Shown here: positions 59,150 to 64,000 of the stretch, in pieces
How positions within the stretch are numbered: the first letter of the stretch is position 1
How the letters are laid out: every line of letters starts with the position of its first letter
The notes under the pieces: generated by a model
The model's input: only the letters and a program-made list of their open reading frames with translations
Told to the model about the DNA's origin: nothing
The model's database searches: none
From: Gammaproteobacteria bacterium
GTDB taxonomy: Bacteria > Pseudomonadota > Gammaproteobacteria > Ga0077536
Direction: 5' to 3'
DNA: 64,000 nucleotides
Assembly (NCBI GenBank): GCA_021773835.1
Contig: JAJFJQ010000060.1
Coordinates: 8,540 to 72,539, forward strand
Translations under genes and position numbers: made by a program

Positions 59150-59761
59150 TTACGGCCCTTCTTTGAGGTTCAAGATCGGATTCAATGCGCTAAGTAGATA
59201 GGTGATCAAGGCTGTGGCGACCAACTCTATTATTGCGGCGTCGCCGTATCCGGCGTCGCGTAGGCCTTGCACATCCGCATCTTTAACTTGGTTTGGATGA
59301 AACGCCGCCTTGACGCCAAAGTCCACAGCAATACGCGTCGCCGGATCGAGATCCGTCTGCTCAATTGTGCCACTGGATAGCGCCAGGATCGCTTCCTCAT
59401 TTGCGCCTTCTAGCCGCGCGGCGCCCGCATGGTAGGGCGCACATACGGCGTTTAGTTCCTGTTCGTTCTCCTTGGCGACAGCAATCGCAATCAGCTCCTT
59501 TACGCGCGACGGCACCTCCCCCTGCTTCATCGCGTGATGTTCCGTTTGGAACACGCCATAGAAGATATCGGGTTTGAGGGCGAGGGCGCGCAGTGTCACC
59601 GCGCCATAGAAAGCCCCGCGGGGAACCCCAGGGATTGCCTCAAGCCCGTCTTTGATCAACTCAAAGTGCCGTTTAAGCTCCGGCGGCGCGTTGTCTTCCA
59701 ACTCGCGTAGCCGTTCGGGTTCAGCCAGTTGGATCCGGAAAGCATCACTTGGATCAGCCAT
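59150..59761 (-). CDS. AhpD/carboxymuconolactone decarboxylase-like protein
   Basis: KELIAIAVA...VCAPYH, LRDAGYGDAAIIELV. Confidence 0.75.
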   Translation of the reverse strand: MADPSDAFRIQLAEPERLRELEDNAPPELKRHFELIKDGLEAIPGVPRGAFYGAVTLRALALKPDIFYGVFQTEHHAMKQGEVPSRVKELIAIAVAKENEQELNAVCAPYHAGAARLEGANEEAILALSSGTIEQTDLDPATRIAVDFGVKAAFHPNQVKDADVQGLRDAGYGDAAIIELVATALITYLLSALNPILNLKEGP

Positions 59762-59784
59762 CGTCACAGCCCTTCAGTAGCTAG

Positions 59785-60984
59785 CTAGACCATGGCCAAC
59801 GCGTGGATTTCATGCAAATACCCCTCTTGCCAGAGCCCGGTAGTGCCGGTTGCGGTCCACGCCGGCCCATTACCGCTGTTAAAGCGTGGTCGGGCCGCAT
59901 CCATTACTTCTGGTATCGCACGTGGGTCTTTGTGAAAAGAGATGATCTCCACCACGTCAGACAGTCCAGCGCCGAATCCATCGAGGATGAGTTCGATCTG
60001 ATCAAAATCATAGGCAGTCTGCGCCGCGATGTCGCCCGATCCGACGATCGCCCCGTCACCGTCTGACGCTACCTGACCGGCGACACCTATCAAGGAGCCA
60101 CCTTTTTTCATGGAGCCGCCGGACACCGGTAGCGTGCGCCACCAGATCGTATCTGGGGTGCTCGCGATGCGCTGGCCACTGCCGAGATCCGCGATCACCT
60201 TATACTCGCCAAGTAATCCGGGCATCGCGAGCCCGGTCGTCCCGATAGCGGTCCATGGCGCGGCGTTTGGTATTGCAGTGGCGCCAAAAATATCGTTCCG
60301 CTTGCACACCGACTCGGCGGCAAGGTCCATGCCGCGTGGGTCGACGTGAAATGAATGCAGATCGACGATGTCGTCGAGCGACCCGCCTGCCATATCGAGC
60401 ACCGAGCGTATGCCATCGAAGGCATGGACCGCATGTGCCGCATGGTCGCCATGGTCTAACACATTGCCTTTGGCATCTGCCCCAACGCAGCCAGAAATGA
60501 ACAAAAGGTCGCCTTTGCGACACGCTGCTGACATCGGGAAAGCGCGAAAGAACTCGAGCCGATCGGGGTTGTAGCAGATCTTCTCACCCGCACCGAGATG
60601 GGCAATCGCCTTGATATTAATCAGTTGCTCGGGTTCGTAAGTTCCCTGGCTCCCAATCGCCGTCCAGGCCGGCGCATCGCTCGGAAAATACTTTGCTGCC
60701 ACTTCGGCAACGGCGCCGAGATCGCGGATGTCCTTATGGAAGGAAACGAGGTCGAGCACATCATCCAGGCTACCACCAGCCTCTTCAACCAATGCCTGAA
60801 TGCTATCGAAGACGTGCGCCGCTTGACCACGCGAATCGCCTGGAGCGACGATGCTGCCGTCGGCTGCGGCCGCTACCTGGCCGCTAATAAACAGGAGATC
60901 GCCGGCACGTACCGCCGACGATGCCGGGAACCCGTGGAACCAGTCGTGCGACTTTGGATTGTAGAAGGTCTTATCCATGCTCAT
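59785..60984 (-). CDS. Rid (YjgF/RidA) family protein with three tandem domains
   Basis: Three ~130-aa repeats, each with (L/I)xxSG/AG(Q/C)V, L(D/S)DV/I...SFH and (A/P)WTA. Confidence 0.88.
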   Translation of the reverse strand: MSMDKTFYNPKSHDWFHGFPASSAVRAGDLLFISGQVAAAADGSIVAPGDSRGQAAHVFDSIQALVEEAGGSLDDVLDLVSFHKDIRDLGAVAEVAAKYFPSDAPAWTAIGSQGTYEPEQLINIKAIAHLGAGEKICYNPDRLEFFRAFPMSAACRKGDLLFISGCVGADAKGNVLDHGDHAAHAVHAFDGIRSVLDMAGGSLDDIVDLHSFHVDPRGMDLAAESVCKRNDIFGATAIPNAAPWTAIGTTGLAMPGLLGEYKVIADLGSGQRIASTPDTIWWRTLPVSGGSMKKGGSLIGVAGQVASDGDGAIVGSGDIAAQTAYDFDQIELILDGFGAGLSDVVEIISFHKDPRAIPEVMDAARPRFNSGNGPAWTATGTTGLWQEGYLHEIHALAMV

Positions 60985-61032
60985 CCTCCAAGTATAGGAC
61001 GGAGATCAGTGATTAAATACCACACACCCCGG

Positions 61033-62358
61033 TCACCGCCCGCTGGTGAGTTTGGAAATACTGAACAGTTGTTTGACTTGACTTGGTTTCATTGTGAGAA
61101 ATTCCGTCGGCTTCATCGCCATCGCCACCGTAGCGGTATCATCTCGCACATTGATACCGATAGATGAGCGCCAGCGCTGCACGCTTTCTCCCGGGTCGCC
61201 GTCGTTTGTATCAACCGCGCTTTGATGCACGACCATGAAAATCTTATACAACTCATCGTTGCGATCAAAGACCAGTGCCAAGCCGATACCGAATGTTTCC
61301 TCGTCGATGAACAACAAGCGGCGACTATACGGATGGTCTTCCAATTTCGGGATCGCCTCAACCACATAACTTGGCCGCAGTTGCCAGCGGTCCAGTGGGA
61401 TAGTGCTCATGGGTCCGTGCGACTGGGGGTGCGACTGCTTGGAATTGACGACCGACGGGATCACCTTGTGGCCGAGCAGTGACCAGGTGTTATCGGTGAC
61501 GAGGCCGGAGAATCCCTCGAAGTCGTCCAGCGTCCAAATGGTGCCCATGAAACTATCGGAACGTTCTTTGGCTGATAGGCGTCGCACGCGCCGTTCGGTT
61601 GCGAGGTAGGAATTTACCTGGTCACCCTGAGCCTGGTCTAGCGGCCGCTCAATGATGAACTGGGTACCGGCCACGTCAAACGGTGCCAAAAATTCCATAT
61701 GTTCCTTGTACAGCAACTCATCACTACCGGGGACATCCATGCGATAGTTTTGCTCTGGGAGCGTTGCCAACTTGGATAGATAAACGCGGTGATAGGTCAG
61801 CGCCAGATGTCGATCAACATGCCCCCCACCAACCATGCCATCAAGCAGTTGACCCGTCGTACCATCAGGTGTCGGTTTAACATAGGCCATCTCGGTTTCC
61901 CGCATGCGGTAGCCGTAATGCTGCCACCTGTGGATCTGGTTCCACGCCACCATATAACCGGCTTTATCTGCTGGTGCTGCTTCTATTCCTTCTCGGGTAA
62001 ACGGTTGACCCGCGGTGTAACCTTCAAGCTGACCGTTGCTACTAATCGTCGCCTGATCGCCGTAGCGGGCGGTCGCGTCTCGGTACAGCTGATGCGGCCT
62101 GTGACTGCGGGTCTCCTCTATCTCGACGTCGAGCTCTGGAAAATCGAATTGCTCGATGAAGCCTGGTGGCAAATAGGCTGTAAACTCTTGCACGCGCGCT
62201 TGATCATATTTACCCGGCGCAAGACCATCGGCTGGAGCTTGCGCGTGCTTTGTCAACCAAGCCTGCACGTCTGAAAATTGCACCCCCGCAGCATGTGCTT
62301 GGCTGGTGACTGCTAACACCCAGGTAATGACAACTGCCGATAATGATCCTCTGAACAC
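61033..62358 (-). CDS. DUF1329-like exported protein
   Basis: Signal peptide ending AHA; YTAGQPF, RRVRRLS, DDFEGF, HPYSRR-LFIDEE. Confidence 0.75.
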   Translation of the reverse strand: MFRGSLSAVVITWVLAVTSQAHAAGVQFSDVQAWLTKHAQAPADGLAPGKYDQARVQEFTAYLPPGFIEQFDFPELDVEIEETRSHRPHQLYRDATARYGDQATISSNGQLEGYTAGQPFTREGIEAAPADKAGYMVAWNQIHRWQHYGYRMRETEMAYVKPTPDGTTGQLLDGMVGGGHVDRHLALTYHRVYLSKLATLPEQNYRMDVPGSDELLYKEHMEFLAPFDVAGTQFIIERPLDQAQGDQVNSYLATERRVRRLSAKERSDSFMGTIWTLDDFEGFSGLVTDNTWSLLGHKVIPSVVNSKQSHPQSHGPMSTIPLDRWQLRPSYVVEAIPKLEDHPYSRRLLFIDEETFGIGLALVFDRNDELYKIFMVVHQSAVDTNDGDPGESVQRWRSSIGINVRDDTATVAMAMKPTEFLTMKPSQVKQLFSISKLTSGR

Positions 62359-62481
62359 TGACTTCTCCTGATGAAATTTAGCCGATCGACCTTCGGGTTG
62401 CGCGCCAAGTGCACTCGGGCGCAGCTAGACGGGTTGATGTGCCGCGATACTACAAGATCCAGCGCCAATAATCCCGTGGAG

Positions 62482-63324
62482 TCACATCATCTTTGTGTAC
62501 TGATCGAGAATTGGCAGCACCACATCGGCGGTCTCTGCCGGCAAATAGAATACAGCACGAGAACAACCCATATCGGGTAATGCCTTAACCTTTTCCGGCG
62601 TCGGCTCTGCAAAGAACATCGTAGTTGCCACACTGTCGGGGTCTCGACCAATTGCCTTGCAGGCATCGCCAATGTGAATCATCCCTTTTTCGAAATCGTA
62701 GAGCTCCCCTAACGGCATCCAACCGTCACAGAATTCCGCGATATTCGCCGCGGTCTTCGGTCCCGCCGCGCCACCCAAAACGATCGGAGGATGTGGTTTT
62801 TGCGTTGGCTTAGGCCAGGCCCAACTTTCTTCAAAATTGATATGACCGCTCGAGTAGCTTACCTCGTCCTCGGTCCATAGTTTCTTCATGAACAATATAT
62901 TGTCGCGCAATATGCTGCGACGTTTATAGTAGTCGAGGCCGTGGTTGCGCATCTCTTCCTTACACCAACCATAGCCGACGCCGAATTCGAGCCGTCCACC
63001 GGAAATCATATCCAGGCTGGCGACTTCCTTGGCAAGCCAGATTGGATCGCGCTGCGCGACGAGCGTGATTCCACTGCCGATCCGCAGCGTTTTGGTTGCG
63101 GCCGCAGCAGCGGTCAAGGCGACGAATTGATCGTGCGCGCGCCAGTATTCTTCAGGTAAGGGGCCGAGCGCCGGGTTTGCGTTCCACGGCGTTTCGCGAC
63201 TCGTCGGGATGTGGCTATGCTCGGGAAACCACAGGGAATCGAAGCCGCGCTCCTCACACGCTCGCGCCAACTCCATTGGCTGAATTGCCTTGTCCGTCGG
63301 GAACATGAGAACACCAATATCCAC
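62482..63324 (-). CDS. LLM class oxidoreductase (Rv2161c-like family)
   Basis: EERGFDSLWFPEHSHIPTSR, RDPIWLAKEVASLD, WPKPTQKPHPP. Confidence 0.9.
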   Translation of the reverse strand: MDIGVLMFPTDKAIQPMELARACEERGFDSLWFPEHSHIPTSRETPWNANPALGPLPEEYWRAHDQFVALTAAAAATKTLRIGSGITLVAQRDPIWLAKEVASLDMISGGRLEFGVGYGWCKEEMRNHGLDYYKRRSILRDNILFMKKLWTEDEVSYSSGHINFEESWAWPKPTQKPHPPIVLGGAAGPKTAANIAEFCDGWMPLGELYDFEKGMIHIGDACKAIGRDPDSVATTMFFAEPTPEKVKALPDMGCSRAVFYLPAETADVVLPILDQYTKMM

Positions 63325-63392
63325 AATGACTACCTCCTGAATCTATCTGCCGCACAAAGCGATCGCTACGTCACCAATCGCCGTCGTTTTGT

Positions 63393-64000
63393 TTAATGCG
63401 CCATTAAGGCCCTTAGTTTATTTCGCTGTTCGTCCATGTCGACCAACTCTCCGTCGTGGTAGAACATCACAACTTCAAGGGGAAAGTTATTCCATGCTAA
63501 CTGCGCAACGTTGTCCGGGCTAATGCTGTGTCTACCAAGCGTTTTTTCGGTCGCCCAATCGATCGACGGAAACGCCACGTAGGCCAGCTCAGAACAGACG
63601 ATTTTATCCGTCGTATTCACATCGAAATTAAAATCATACTGTTTTCCAATCTGTCGAAAGGCAAGCAGTAACGCCTCGCGTTTTAAATCCCCAGCGGCAT
63701 CGTCGGGGAAAACCGGGCGCAAGACCGCGAAATCATCGACGTTCAGAAAATGCTCCAATTTGCTGAGCTGGACACCGTTTCTTAACGCCTCGATGATTTG
63801 ATGCTCATCACGTGAATGCGGATCGGATCCATTACTGATGTGCTCTGCGTGCTGTTGAACAACTGGGTCCTCCCAAACCCCGGCCTCGATGACCTCCGCC
63901 TTCGTTCCGGTCCAAATGGCAACATGACCAAAATGGCCGGGGATCAGTTTATCGGTGAGTCTGAACGGTGTTTTCTCCAACAGAATATCCAACGGTTGCA
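63393..64000 (-). CDS. permuted papain-like NlpC/P60 (YiiX/YebB) hydrolase; 5' end outside the window
   Basis: DILL, IPGHFGHVAI, GKQYDFNFD, IVCSEL (His before Cys). Confidence 0.82.
   Translation of the reverse strand, partial: QPLDILLEKTPFRLTDKLIPGHFGHVAIWTGTKAEVIEAGVWEDPVVQQHAEHISNGSDPHSRDEHQIIEALRNGVQLSKLEHFLNVDDFAVLRPVFPDDAAGDLKREALLLAFRQIGKQYDFNFDVNTTDKIVCSELAYVAFPSIDWATEKTLGRHSISPDNVAQLAWNNFPLEVVMFYHDGELVDMDEQRNKLRALMAH

Noticed and set aside
62482-63324. F420 use inferred from the Rv2161c-like LLM
   Set aside because: Family membership alone does not establish the cofactor, and no F420 biosynthesis genes are in the window.

Overview
A 64-kb chromosomal catabolic region from a proteobacterium, probably a gammaproteobacterium judging from the protein families. 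It holds (i) a complete multicomponent phenol hydroxylase operon (dmpKLMNOP, XylT-type ferredoxin, catechol 2,3-dioxygenase) with a sigma54 promoter and a DmpR/XylR activator; (ii) a separate GST-led lower meta-cleavage operon (dmpC,E,F,G) facing a GntR regulator; (iii) a second, toluene-monooxygenase-like soluble di-iron monooxygenase (SDIMO) in a rearranged order (Rieske-alpha-gamma-effector-beta) with no reductase gene, followed instead by a DUF1326-DUF2182 pair, and with unusual polar substitutions in the alpha-subunit pocket; (iv) many flavin oxygenases and C-N hydrolases (four LLMs, a BVMO, an HsaA-like oxygenase, two amidases, an isochorismatase, a fused hydantoinase/oxoprolinase with a coupled Cys-rich mini-protein, one RidA and one triple-domain Rid protein); (v) three IS elements: IS1182 interrupting an EamA gene, an IS91-like integrase+transposase unit, and an IS4/IS10-like element with a 9-bp target duplication; (vi) REP-like palindrome clusters. 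No rRNA, tRNA or CRISPR array was seen. All assignments come from motif recognition by eye; no searches were run.
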